A stretch of 64,000 nucleotides of DNA from positions 4,547,824-4,611,823 of the forward strand of contig MU054391.1 of NCBI GenBank assembly GCA_013239625.1, given 5' to 3'. The position numbers were made by a program, and so were the translations under genes. This DNA comes from Lama guanicoe. Lineage: Eukaryota. Positions 1 to 12,512 of the stretch are shown here, piece after piece. Under the pieces are notes generated by a model. The model ran no database searches and was not told the origin of the DNA. It saw only the letters and a list, made by a program, of their open reading frames with translations. The first letter of the stretch is position 1. Each line of letters begins with the position of its first letter.

Positions 1-44
1 ATCAAGACCATATAGTGATAATAAAAATGTGCCTCGTCACAATA

Positions 45-315
45 ATAACAGGCACTTAAGCAGTAGCATTCTTCAGTGTCAGGCACTGCTGCGAGTATAT
101 TACATGCATTATCCATTTACTCTTTTTTTTACTTACTCTTCACATCGACACTTTGAGGTGAGTCATGTTGCTGGCCCCATTCCAGGTGAGGAAACTGAGG
201 CCTAGGCCAGTGGAAGGGCTTGCCCCAAACCACACCACCAGTCAGCAGAGGAGACAAAACCCAGACCACGGATGGCACTTTGGCTCCAGCGACCCCGGCG
301 TCTTTCACTGTCCAG
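45..315 (-). mobile_element. MIR SINE fragment
   Basis: Reverse-complement MIR core 'ccaggtgaggaaactgaggcc', flanked by 'aggcactg...catgcattatccattt' and 'cttgccccaaaccacac'. Confidence 0.8.
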
Positions 316-1629
316 TCGCGTTGTGTCAGGATGCTGCAGGTGGGTTTTTGAGGGCTCTCAAAACACGTACGAAAGGGTCCTTATTTCCACTTGCAGATGA
401 AGATCTAGTTCAGGGTCAGCCCGTTGTGAGCACCAAGGCAGGGACTTGACCCTGGCCTTAAACAAAACTCCGCAGCCAAGGGGGCTTCCACTTTGTCAAA
501 CTGCTGCTCGCTTTCCCGCCCTAGGACCTACCAACCAAGGTCTTTCCCCGTTGCATTTCTGCCAGTAAGAACAGCTCGCTTCTTCCCACACAGCCTCTCT
601 TTTCATTTTACTGTGATCTCCGCCCTCTTATAAAGAGCTTGCAGCCCCCAGCCCGTCACTTCTTTGGGTCATGCCAACATACCGTGCTGCCTTTGACCTT
701 GCTTTGAAGACTTCTTGGTCTGCCTTGGAGTTTCAGTGCCCCTCAGAGGAGCAATTGAATTCAGATCCTCTCCCCTAAAGAAACTTGAATCCTTCAAAGG
801 GGACCCTCGGGTTTCCCGGAGTCTTTGTTCTCTGGGGGCTGATTTGCCCTGGAGGTTTCCTGGCAGACATACACCTGAGCCCAGTGCACTGAAGCCTCCC
901 TTTTCCCAGGCGGGACCCACCTTTGACAGCATGTTTCACCTGAGAGTTGAGGGGACCCACCCGCTGCTCTCCTCTCTGGGCAGCTGGAGAGCGGGCCTGG
1001 ACAGACGGAACAGCACAGAAGGCAGCCTCCCCAGGTCAGAAGGTCTCGGGCAGCCCCACGTCAGCAGAGGAGGACACAATGGCTAACATGGGACTTTGGT
1101 GAGCCTCCCACTCACTGGTTGACTTTCAACCCAAGTTTCCCCTAGTATGTCCTTCTCCTTGTAGAGACTATGAAGCCCTTGCCATCACTGGCAAACCAGC
1201 TTTTGATGAAATATGCAGAGATAGCTAAAAGCGAAGTAGCATAATTGAATTCACAGCTACTTGCCACAGGACTGTAATTTAATGGGAGCATTATAATTTA
1301 CTAAATACCATCACAGCGGCATCGGATCCCATTAATCAAAAAGTGGGAAAGCTGTATGCAGCAATTTTTCTTTACGATTCATAGGGGCTTATTATTGGAT
1401 GCTCACCTCTAGGGTAGAATGGATGTTACCTTTTGAGCTTCCGTATTCAAGTATCCTAGAAAGAAGCCAAATTTGAACCCCCCCCCCACAAGTACCTCTA
1501 AAAGATACTTAGCGTCTCCAATTGGAAGTCCAATTTCTAAATGTCGCCTTTAGCACCTCACGTCACCACATAGATGGCAGCTCTGGAAGAGTTTCTATTC
1601 TTATAAAACAATAAACAATAAGAATTACA

Positions 1630-1880
1630 TACTGAGGTCCAACCATGTACCAGCTGCACACAGTGCTGGATGCATTATATACACGCGGAGGGGACGAGGG
1701 AGTGGAGCGTTGGGTGTGCTGTTCTAAACGGAGCAACAGTCCTACAGTGAAAGTATTAGTACCTCTGCTTTGAAGCAGAGGAAACTAGGGGTCAGAGACG
1801 AACAAGGTTATCCAGTTAGGCTGCGGCGGGGAGGCGAGCCTGGGGACCAGCTCCCCCGGACACTGGAGCTTCCTGCTCTG
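1630..1880 (-). mobile_element. MIR SINE fragment
   Basis: 'gcagaggaaactaggggtcagaga' core plus the upstream 'ccatgtaccag...gtgctgg' segment. Confidence 0.6.
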
Positions 1881-1894
1881 CCTTCGTCTACCTG

Positions 1895-2202
1895 GGCTGG
1901 CAAGTAGCCAAATACCATCCACTGGGGGACTTGAGCAAGTGACAACTGTCTCACAGCTCTGGAGGCTGAGTCCGTGGTCCCAGCGCCGGCAGACTCGGTG
2001 TCCGGCGAGGGCCCTCTTCCTGGCTTGCAGATGGTGGCTTTTTGCTTTGTCTTCCCGGGGCAGAGAGAGGACACTCCAGTGCCTTCTTTTTTCTTATCCA
2101 AACGCAATCACCTCCCAAAGGCCCCACCTCCCAATGCCGTACATTACAGGTCAGGGCTTCAAGGCTGAGTCTGGGGGTGAAGCACGCATTCAGCCCATAA
2201 CA
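1895..2202 (-). mobile_element. MaLR solo LTR (MLT1A-like)
   Basis: 'ctcacagctctggaggctg', 'gagggccctcttcctggcttgcagatgg', 'aatcacctcccaaaggccccacctcccaat', ending 'cattcagcccataaca'. Confidence 0.85.
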
Positions 2203-4309
2203 GCCTGCCTCTGTGGGGCTTCTCCAATCCCCATGTAGGCAAAACAGCACGTGCTTTCCAAAACGGTGCCCGAACCCACCCTCCTGAGTGACTTCCTGCC
2301 AACGTCACTGATTAATGACCAAAATGGTGGAGGTCCACGAAGAAAAATGATAAACTAGCCCAAAGCAGCCAGGCATCTTGGCCCTCTCACCAGCAGGAGA
2401 GGGGGCACTCTGCCTCCTCCGATCCAGGGGGAGGGCTCCAAGGCAGCTACAGGGGAGGTACTTACCAAGGGAAGTAACTATTTTTACTCAATATCCCCAG
2501 CTGTTAATATTTACATAGTAATGTAATCTTAGAATAGAACTGCTGAGATTTTGTATTTTATAATTCATTGTAGAATTATGAGCATTTTACATACCTGCTC
2601 CTTGTTTTTATGACAAACTTAGCGTGATTTCCACGGGAACCGGCTTTGAAGGCGTGTTCAGAAGGGACACTCCCTTCGTTGCCAAGCATCACCACGCTTT
2701 CCCACAGCTCGCTTCTGCGTCCTGTCCTGACAGGCCTCAGCCCTGAAAACCTGCAGGCCGCGTACGTGGGAGCAAAGGCAGCATATTTCGAATAGGGCTG
2801 ATCTTCAAAGTGTTGCAGCTCCACTAACTGTGTGTCGAGGCGACGTGGGAACATGCACGTAACCCAAGGATTCTCAGGCCGCCTCCACTTGGTATTAAAA
2901 GTGAGGTCAAAAAGAAGATAAATAGGGTGACATGATTGGCAAAATGTATATTGCTCAGGCTTTAAAATTTGCATGGCTCCTCTTCACAAAGTAGGAATTA
3001 TATCCCCCTGAAAAATGTCCCCTATTATTTCTGGAAGACCTCAGAAGGTCCTCTATGAGCTTTTAAACAAGTGTCCGTGGCCACAGGTATCAGCCATTGT
3101 CTTCCTCTCCAGTACCAAGCAGCCTCGAGGCTACGGTGCCTGAGGGCTGCTCAGGAAACTGGGGGAAGCAGCACATCGTGGCCTCTGGGGTCACCAGGTT
3201 CCAGTCTCTCCCAGCCAAGGCCCAGGCGTCAGGTACCCGGGAAATACTCAGAAGGGGGCAGTTCCAGAAATCTCGCACCTCCAGCATCTTCCCTAGTAAA
3301 AGCAGGCACCATTCCCCCGACAGCCAGGAGAGGGTCCACGTTTTCCACCCAGTATTTTCCTCTCCAAATGCTGTTCTCTCAGCATCCATGCATTTCCCCC
3401 TTCTCACCACACCATTCACATCTCATCTCTGCAGCACATCACAAAACAGACACATTCGCCCTACCCTTAGGCCCTTGTTCTTCCTGCCTTTGGACCCACA
3501 TAGCAGGCAATGTGCCTGCTCTTTCAGGGACCAGCCCTGTGAGTCTGTTGATCTCTGATCCATTTCCAGCACCCTCATCTCTGGGCACCAGGACCTGGTG
3601 CTGCCCTCGTGGACCCTGCCTACGGGCTCTGGGTCAGCGGGCATCCTGGGGTCCTGCACCAGGAGTGGAGAACAGCCACCTCCACCTTAAGCTGCCCTGG
3701 GTCAGAGGGCCTCCAGAGCCAGGTGGCCCTGACCTCACGGTGTTCTGACTCCCCGAGTAGCTCAGGCAAAGCCCAGGGGCTGTAACAGGACAGAATTTTC
3801 CACACAGGCAACATGCCGTCCTCTCTTCTCTCTTGCTTCTCTTCTGCTTTGCCAATAGCATGTTAGAAGGTCTGCGTAGCTTTACCGGGACGGCGAGAAG
3901 GGGGCTGGCACAACGAGCAAAAAGGTAAACGGCCAGATATGCGTGGTAGAAATAAAGATGAAGGGGACAGGCAAAAGCATTCTGAGGAGGCATAAACTTG
4001 ACTTCAATCCTGGCCCTGCTAAGAACCCCCACCACTGTCAACTCCACCGCCCTGCTGCCCCCCCACCCCTCCCCTCCACACACTCCCTCCCTACTCCCCA
4101 ACCCCTGGCTTGAGCATCCTATACCCGCTGGTCCTCACACCCCAGCCTTGTCTGCAGCGGGGCAGCGAGCTCAGGCCAAGCGCAACCCACAGCTGCAGTG
4201 CGTGCAGGCCCCGCCTCCCAGCCACAGGCTCCACCTCCCGGCTGCAGGCCACGCCTCCCAGCCACCGGCCAACCCTAGCCCAGCAGCCCCAGGCCCCGCT
4301 TGCCAGTTG

Positions 4310-4400
4310 CTAAGTTCTTACGTCCTCAGTTTCCCCATTCATGGCACGAGGGAGCTGAGCCCAGAAGACCCTCAGATCCCACATCACTCTGGCAGTCCAG
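4310..4400 (+). mobile_element. MIR (MIR3/MIRc-like) fragment
   Basis: 'cctcagtttccccattcatggc...gaccctcagatccc...actct'. Confidence 0.5.
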
Positions 4401-4589
4401 GACCTTGAATCCCAAGATAATGCCTTTAGAATAACGGAGATAAAATGAAATCACGACTGGGAGTGGAGGGTATAGATAATCTCATTTTTCAGCAAGTAGA
4501 TGTTATGAAGGATATTAATGTTAAAGAGTTAATAAACGATGCAGCTGGCAACATATAAAAGACACAGGACAGGGAGAGAAAGGATTCAG

Positions 4590-4792
4590 ATAAGAATTTA
4601 ATATTAAACTCAAATCCAGATAAAGACTCAAGTATAAACAGCAATCTAGTAAGTGAATGTAAAAAAAAAAATGGTATTCCAACTCAACAGAGAATAATTC
4701 TTTAACCAGTAAATGATGTCAGACAAGTTCCTTGGCAAGTGGGAGAGGAATGCAGAGTCCTCTTACAACGAAATGTTTCCACCAGGATCACA

Positions 4793-4844
<52 letters not shown>

Positions 4845-5060
4845 AAGAACACAATAAAAGAAATGCACTCATAGCAAATGTAAGTGGTATTTTATAAACT
4901 TTAGGCAAGGAAGAATTTCCTAAATAAGCCTGAATAATAAACACACATAAAGGAAAAATTGTATATTCAATTCCAAATATAGGTTTTATGTATATAAATA
5001 TGTTTTCACAGCAGGGTAAAACAACAAATATTTTAAGACAAATGACAAATGAGAAAGCGT
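4590..5060 (+). mobile_element. Old L1 ORF2 remnant
   Basis: A-rich strand bias; 'tttataaactttaggcaaggaagaatttcctaaataag' and 'aagacaaatgacaaatgagaaa' resemble decayed L1 ORF2. Confidence 0.55.
4798..4842 (+). repeat. Pure poly(A) run, 45 nt
   Basis: Uninterrupted A run counted directly. Confidence 0.95.
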
Positions 5061-5972
5061 GAGTTGAAGGCATACGTTAAAAGTCAAAGAGCTGACGTCT
5101 GCACTACACCAAGACCTACGCTTCCGCGGCAGCCAGATCCAAGACCTGCTCATAGCATTTTTCTGTGAAAGGTGCCCCCTGCAGTTTTCCAATGTACCAT
5201 CCTTAAGACAGAAAAAAATTTTTTTTCTTTCTTTCCAGAAAACAATGTCTTTGAAAAATGTTTGGTGAGAAAGATGAGGTGCTCTCTTGACAAGGTCTGA
5301 ACAGGCTGCAGTGAGGGGGTGGAGCCAGTGCGCCGTGGATGGGATGTGATGAGGAATTTCAGAGATGGGGTTGAAGGAAAGAGAGCTGAGCAACACGGCA
5401 GAACGTCTGCGCCCAGATGGAAGAGTCCATCGGGGAAGAGCCCCCATATTGAGGCTAGCAAGAGACCCCTGAGTAGAGGGACCTGTAACACAAGATCTTC
5501 AGCTGCCTCCTGGGCTCGGTGGTGAGTAGCTGTTGCTCCAGTATAACCACCTCACTCTTCCCACGTTTGGAAGAGTTTGCTGCATCCTCCCATTGGGTCA
5601 GTGGTGCTCTGAGAGCCCAAAATTTCAGAGTGTTCCCCCCACCCCGTATGAAAAGCGCGCAAAAAAAACCCAGGACACTCAGAAGGTGAAGGCAGTGGGA
5701 ATGGGATAGGAGAAGCAGGAACACAGAGCAAGAGGTGACCAGGGAAAACATAAGCCTCCCCAGCTCCCAGCCACAAGATCCCCACAGGCACTGTAAGGAA
5801 TCGATGAAAAGGACGGAAAAGCCAAACCTTGTATCAACTTCCAAGGACAAGATGACTCTTAGCAAACTGGAAAAGTTATGGGCATGGAGGGGCAGGTATC
5901 GAATTTACGTATGAGAGAAAATCTCCAATCACGCTAATAATGACAAATTAAAACGAAAACAAAGAGAAAATA

Positions 5973-8200
5973 GTGGCCAAGATGGCAGAGGAGGAAGACC
6001 CTGAGCCCACCACCTCTCACAGACACACCACTATCCACAGAGCAACTCATGAGAATGAGTAGATGAGCAGAAAAGTCTTCTACAACCAGAGATGTGAAGA
6101 AGGGATCACACAAGATGGGTAGGAGAGGGCAGAGATGCAGTACAGTCAAGATCCATACCCCTGGTAGGGGACCCGGAAATGGGAGGATAATTACAACTGT
6201 AGAGGTTCTCCCTATGGAACAAGGCGTCTGAGCCCCACATGGGGATCCCCAGCCCAAAGGTCCTGCACCAAGACGATGAGCACCCAGAGCGTTTGGCTTT
6301 GAAGGACAGTGGGGCTTACTTTTGGGAGAGCCAGAGGGCTGTGGGAAACAGGTGCACACAAAATCTCTCATGCTCTGCGTCCAGGGCAGAGGCAGTCATT
6401 TGAAAGGAGCCTGCGTCAGACCCACTTGCTGATCTTGGAGAGCCTCCCAGGGCAGGTGGATGGTGCAGGCAGGAGGCAAGCAGGACTCACCCTGGGGACA
6501 CAGAGTCTGTAGCGGACATGTTGGGAAGCCCATCCCACGCGAGGACACTGGTGCTGACAAGCACCACTTTGGGATCCTCCCTCTAACTTATTAGTGCTGG
6601 GGCTCGGGAAACTTAAAATGAATGAAAGACATAAAGTAAGACCTGTAACCATTAAACTTCTAGAAGAAAACACAGGCAGTAAAATCTTTGGCATCAATCT
6701 TAGCAATATTTTTTGGATCTGTCTCCTCAGGCAAGGGAAACAAAAGCAAAAACAAACAAATGGGACTATGCAAACTACAAAGCTTTTACAGAGCAAAGGA
6801 AACGATCAACAAAAGGGCAGGGCTGCCTCCTGAATGGCTGAAGATATTTGCAAATTGTATGTCCAATAAGGGTTAATATTCAAAATACAGAAAGAACACA
6901 CACAACTCAACTTCAAAACAGCAAGTAACCCAATTAAAAAATGGGCACAGACCCTGAATAGACATTTTTCCAAAGAAGACATACAGATGGCCAACAGGCA
7001 CGTGAAAAGACGCTCAATGTCACTAATCATCAGGGAAATGCAAATAAAACCCACAATGAAATGTCACCTCACACCTGTCACAATAGCCATCATCAAAAAG
7101 ACAACAAATAACAAGAGTTGGCAAGAATGTGAAGAAAAGGCAACCCTTGTGCACTGTTGGTGGAATTGTAAATTGTTGCAGCCACTATGAAAAGCAATAT
7201 GGAAATTTCTCAAGAAATTAAAGCTAGAACTACTGTGTGATCCAGCAATTCCACTCCTGGGTAATTATCTGAAGAAAATGATAACACTGAATCCAAGAGA
7301 TACATGCACCCCTATGTCCACGGCAGCATTATTCACGGTAGCTAAAATATGGGAGCAACCTAAGTGCCTAAGTGTCCATCAGCAGATGAATAAAGAAGTG
7401 AGATGTGTGTGTGTGTGTGTGTGTGTGTATGCGACAGAATATTACTCAGTTATAAAAAAGAATGAAATTTTGACCATTGCGACAACATGGATGGACCCAG
7501 AGGGTATTGAGCTAAGTGAAACTAGTCAGACAGAGAAAGAGATATCCTGTGCGATTTCACTGATATATGGAATCTAAAAAACATGACAAATGAACAGACA
7601 TAACAAGACAGAAACAGACGCATAGATACGGAGAAAGAAGAGGTAGTTGCCAGAGGGGAGGGCAGTAAGTGGGAGAGAGAAGACACAGGTGAGGGAGATA
7701 AAGAGGTACAAACCTTCAGTTACAAAATAAGTGAGTCACAGGTATGAGAAATGCAATGTGGGGACTATACTCAATAATTATGTGGCATCTTTGTACGGTG
7801 ACGGAGGGTAACTAGACATCATGGTGCTCGTTGTGAAATGCATACAGTTATGTTGTGCCTGGGGAATTAACATAGTGTAGGCCAATTATACTTCAAAAGC
7901 AAACAAACTCACAGAAAAGAGCTCAGAATTGTGGTTCCCAGAGGAGGAGGCAGTGGGTGGTGGGGAAGTTGGATGTAGGTGGTCCAAAAGTACAAACTCC
8001 AGTTATAAGATAAATAAGTGATAGAACGTACAACACGATCAATATAATTAACACTGCTGTACGTTATAGATAACAGTCGTGAAAAGTGTAAATCCTAAGT
8101 TCTCATCACAAAGAGAAAAATATTTTGTTTTCTGTTTCTTTAATTTCATATTTATATGAGGTGATAGATGTTCACCAAACTTTCTGCGGTAACCATTTTT
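5973..8200 (+). mobile_element. L1 (laurasiatherian/L1MA9-type): 5'UTR joined directly to ORF2 3' end and 3'UTR
   Basis: YY1-type start CAAGATGGC at 5978-5986; GC-richer 5'UTR to ~6605; ORF2 C-terminal sequence 'ctagaagaaaacacaggcag...gacatttttccaaagaagacatacagatggccaacaggcac' (ORF 6987-7190 MANRHVKR...); 3'UTR from ~7575. Confidence 0.9.
7404..7428. repeat. (TG)n microsatellite inside L1
   Basis: tgtgtgtgtgtgtgtgtgtgtgtgt. Confidence 0.95.
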
Positions 8201-8419
8201 AAGAAATTAAAGTAAATATGTTCTTAACTAATATAAATGTCAGAGGGCAGGTATGTTTTGTGAAAAGCTTACGTCTCCACCAGCCAAACTGGAAAGACTT
8301 GTAATACACGGGACGTGAAAGGGGAACTTCAGGAGGATGAGACGTTAGCAGTGGGACTAAACTAACCCCAGACCAAAGTCTGCTTCTCTTCGCTTTTTAA
8401 AAGTCTTGAAAACAAACCT

Positions 8420-9832
8420 CAAGGGACTTTTGCATTCAGGAAAATAAAGTAGACACACTTCCGTATTTCTTAACTAAGTACAACTAAAACCCTGACCATT
8501 ATATATAAAGCAAACTTAAGATAACTCTTTAAAGTGAAGGAAAGAAGGCAGAGCATCTGGGGACATTGGGACACAAAGCCTGACCTCTCCAGGAGCTCCC
8601 TGGGTTTCCACGTTGCTTCTGTGTCCCAGACTCAGAGCTGAAGTCAGCAACACAGACGGGCCAATAGGTGCAGACAGAAAGAGGCCCCCAGATTCTGCTC
8701 TCTCTAGTCGGTGGTCCAGGAAAGAAGCAATCTAGGAAACAAAGCTTTAGATCCTGCTTGCTCTAGTCCAGCCAAACACCCGGGAAATCACTGTGGTCCC
8801 TTTCCCACCCGTGCCAGCAAAATCCACCAAAAGACCTCCACCCAGAGGTAGTGTTTAAGGAGAGGAGGGAGCCAAGGCTCTCATCCCATCAGGTGGCAAT
8901 GACCTTCCCCCTTCCCCACTCCCTGCCAGGCCCCCTCGGTGTCCGTGGAGACCAGGTGGGGAGCCTAGACTCCCCCCGACCCCAACAGTGATAAGGTGCC
9001 CACCAACCCCACTGCCACATGAAATAAGGCCAAGAACAGAGTCATGAACTTCACCGATGTCCAGCGGTAAGGAAGCCATTCGCCCACAGTGTCAGGTGAG
9101 GCCACAGGAGGAGCAGGCACAAGGCACTCCTAGCACTCCGGTCCTGGATGCTAGCAGTGGAGGCCCTGTGAGAGCCAGAAACCATCCCCCAACTCAGCAA
9201 GAATGAGAAGCCCCTCCCCCACTCGTGTGTCCTCAGAGGCTGAGTGGGGGTCCTGGACCCCCACTGACAGGAGTGAGGTGGCATCACTCCCTTAACTCTA
9301 GAGGAACAGAGTTAGACAAGCCAGTGAGACAGAAGGTTTAAATAATGTTCAGGGTCTCAAAACATAATATTTAAAATGTCCAGGATTTGTCACAGAGGAA
9401 GATCTCAAACTGAGTGAGGAAACAAAAGTGATGGACTCCGACACCAAAATGACGGAGAAATGAGAACTATCTCACAAAGATTCTGTTGCTTCACAGCCCT
9501 CATGAAAATGCTTCAGAAAGCAATTATAAACACACTTGAAACAAATTTAAAAATGGAAAGCCTCAGCAAAGAAAGAAAAATTAAAACAAACCAACAGAAA
9601 TAGTCTCACTAAAAAGTGCAATAACCAAAATCAAAAATTCAAAAAAAAAAAATTCAATCGGTGGGCTCAATCACAGAACAGAAGGGAAAAAGAAAAATAA
9701 ATCAGTGAACTTGAATGTAGACCGATAGGAACTACCTGATCGAAACACAAGAGAAGTTTGACTGAAAAAAAAAAAAAAGAACAGAGTTGTAGAGACCTAA
9801 GGACCATAAAATAACACTCAGTATTCATGTCA
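8420..9832 (+). mobile_element. Old L1 5' region and ORF1 remnant (L1MD/L1MC-type 5' end)
   Basis: 'taagtacaactaaaaccctgaccattatatataaagcaaac'; ORF1-like 'gcaattataaacacacttgaaacaaat...aatcagtgaacttgaatgtagaccgatag'. Confidence 0.7.
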
Positions 9833-9835
9833 TCA

Positions 9836-11045
9836 TTAAAAAAATGGCCAAAGACCTAACAAACACTGCACCAAACAAGGTACACAGATGGCACAGAAGC
9901 CTGTGAAAAGATGCTCTGTGCCATATGTAACTAAGAAAATGTAAATCATACAAGAAGGAGATATCACCACACACCTAACCGAGTGGCCAAAATCCAGAAC
10001 ACTGACAACACTAAAAGCTGACAAGAATATGAAGCAGCAAGAACTCTCATTCATCGTTGGTGTGAATGCAAAATGGTGCAGCTAGTTTAGAAGACAGTTT
10101 GGTGGTTCCTTACAAAACTAAACAACTCTTACCATACAATCCAGTAACTGTGCTCCCTAATATTTACTCAAAGGAGTCAAAAACTAATGAAAATGTATGT
10201 TCCCACAAACACCTGCACACAGATGTCACAGCACCTTTATTCATAATTGCCAAAACTTGGAGCAACCAAGATGTCTTGGTGAATAAATAAACCATAGTAC
10301 ACGCCAATGGAATGACATTCAGCACTAAAATGAAATGAGCTAACAAGTCATAAGAAGATACAGAGGAAACTTAATGCATGTTACTAAGTGAAAAAAGCAG
10401 ACCTGTTAAGGCGACCTACTATAAGATTCCAACTACAGTTGGCCGTTGAACAGCATGGATGTCAGGGGTACTGATCCCGAGTGCAGTCAGAATTCCATAT
10501 GTAACTTTACAGGTGGCCCTTCATATCCATGGCTCTGCGTCCATAACCTTGGATCACATAGTATTGTAGTAAGTATTTATTGAAAAGAATTTAGCCCATA
10601 AGTGGACGTATGCAGTTCAAATCCATGCCGTTCAAGAGTCAACTGTACACGACATTCTGGAAAAGGCAAAACTTTGTAGACAAGAAGATTGGTTGTTGGT
10701 GGTGGGAGTGTAGGAAAATGAATAGACGCAGCTGAGGGGATTTTTAGGGCAGTGAAAATACTCTGTATGATATCAAAATGACGTATGGATGTCATGCATT
10801 TATTTGTCTAACCACAGACTGTACCACACCAAGAATGAACACTAAAGAAACCTATGAACTTCGGGTGTTTATGAGGTATCAATGCACGTTCATCCTTGGA
10901 AAAAAAAATGTGCCAGATGGTGAGTGTTGTTGATACTGGGGGAGACCATACATGAGCGGAAATAGTGGATATATGGGAAATTTCTACACCTTCATCTAAA
11001 TTTGTGGTGAATCTAAAACTGCTCTAGAAACTAAAGTCTTTTAAA
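9836..11045 (+). mobile_element. L1MC-type 3' end (ORF2 C-terminus and 3'UTR), interrupted by a Tigger-family element
   Basis: 'tggccaaaatccagaacactgacaacac', 'gaactctcattcatcgttggtgtgaatgcaaaatggt', 'gacattctggaaaaggcaaaact', ending 'aaaactgctctagaaactaaagtc'. Confidence 0.85.
10436..10645 (-). mobile_element. Non-autonomous TcMar-Tigger (Tigger2-like) DNA transposon, 210 bp
   Basis: Terminal inverted repeats CAGTTGGCCGTTGAACAGCATGG / CCATGCCGTTCAAGAGTCAACTG; TA target-site duplication at 10434-10435 and 10646-10647. Confidence 0.9.
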
Positions 11046-11049
11046 AGAA

Positions 11050-12512
11050 TGAAATAAGAAATATCTGTCTACTTAACTTCAAGACTTCTTGTAGCTACAT
11101 AATCAAGATTGTGTGGAGAGAGGGTCCCATAGATGAATGGAACATAATATAGAACCCAGAAATAGCTCACAACTGATTTTTGACAAAGATGCAAAAGCAA
11201 CTCAATGAAGGAAGGATAGTCTTTTCAGCAAATGGTGTGGAACAATTTGACAACCACATGTTAAAAAAAAAAACTTAGAACTCAACTTCACATCTTATAC
11301 AAAAATAACTCAAAACAGAACATAGAATTAAATGTAAAATGTAAAACAATAAAAATTTTAGGAAAAAATAGCAGAAAATCTTCAGAATCTCATGGTAGGC
11401 AAAGAGTCCTTAGACTTGTCTCCAAAGGTATAATCCATAAAAGAAGAAATTGATCATTTTGACTTCATCATAATTAAAAATCTTTGCTTTGCAAAAGACT
11501 CTTAAAAAATGAAAAGACAAGCTACAGACAGGGACGAAATATTTGAAAATCACATAGTCAACAAAGGATGCTCTCTAGAATGTATTAACAATTCTCAAAA
11601 CTGAACAGTAAAGAAACAAACAATCTAATTATAAGATATATAAAAGACATAAAAAGATATCTCACTGTAGAAGTTATACAGATGGCAAATAAAGACATGC
11701 AAAGCAATTCAATATTATTATCTGCTTGTAAAATGCAAAATAAAACCATTCATAAGAATGGCTAGAACTTTTCAAAAAATGACAACATCAATGTTGGCAT
11801 GGATGTGGAGAAACCACATCATTCATATGTTGCTGGTGGCAATGGAAAATGGTACAGCCATTCTGGGAAAGCTTGGCAGTTTCTTTAAAAAAAAAAATAA
11901 ACATGCAACTGCAATAAATCTGGCAACTGCATTCCTGGGCATTAATGCCAGAAAAAAAAGAAGTGAAAACTTAAGTTCACTTAAAACCTGTACACAAATG
12001 TTTGTAACAGCTTTATTCAGAATAGCCCAAATCTGGAAACAACCCAGATATCCTTGTATGGGTTAAATAAACTGTGGCACCTCCACACCATGAAATACTA
12101 CTCAATAGTGAAAAAGAACAAACTTTTGATAGATGTCCTAACTTAGATAAATCTCCAGAAAATTATACTGAATGAAAAATTTCAAAATGTAATATACTGT
12201 ATGATTCCATGTACATAACATTTTGAAATGACAAAATTACATAAATGAAGGGCAGATTAATAGTTGTCTTGAGTCTGGGGTGGGGTGGGCAGATTTGGGT
12301 GTGAAATGGTTGTTCCGTTAAGGGCCACACAACAGACGGTGATGGAATGGTCTATCTATTACTGCATTGATGTTAATATTAGGTTTGTGGTACCATATTG
12401 TGGTTTTACAAGATGTTACCTTTGGAGAAACTGGGCATAGAACACATAAAATCCCTTTGTGCTATTTCTTGTTGCATGTGAAGATATGATTACCTCGAAA
12501 TAAAAAAGTTTA
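11050..12512 (+). mobile_element. L1MD-type ORF2 3' part and 3'UTR
   Basis: 'caactgatttttgacaaagatgcaaaagcaactcaatg', 'ttttacaagatgttacctttggagaaactggg', ending 'gaaataaaaaagtttaa'. Confidence 0.85.

Noticed and set aside
3071..3748. 225-aa ORF
   Set aside because: GTG start, Ser/Pro/Gly-rich chance composition in GC-rich DNA, overlapping ORFs in several frames, no recognisable domain.
3859..3924. 66-nt plus-strand exon candidate (long pyrimidine tract, AAG|GTAAAC)
   Set aside because: Weak donor, stops in two frames, and the remaining peptide is unrecognisable.
6987..7577. ORFs with L1 ORF2 C-terminal similarity (also 10066, 11758, 29174, 31360)
   Set aside because: Broken fragments of dead L1 copies, not functional genes.
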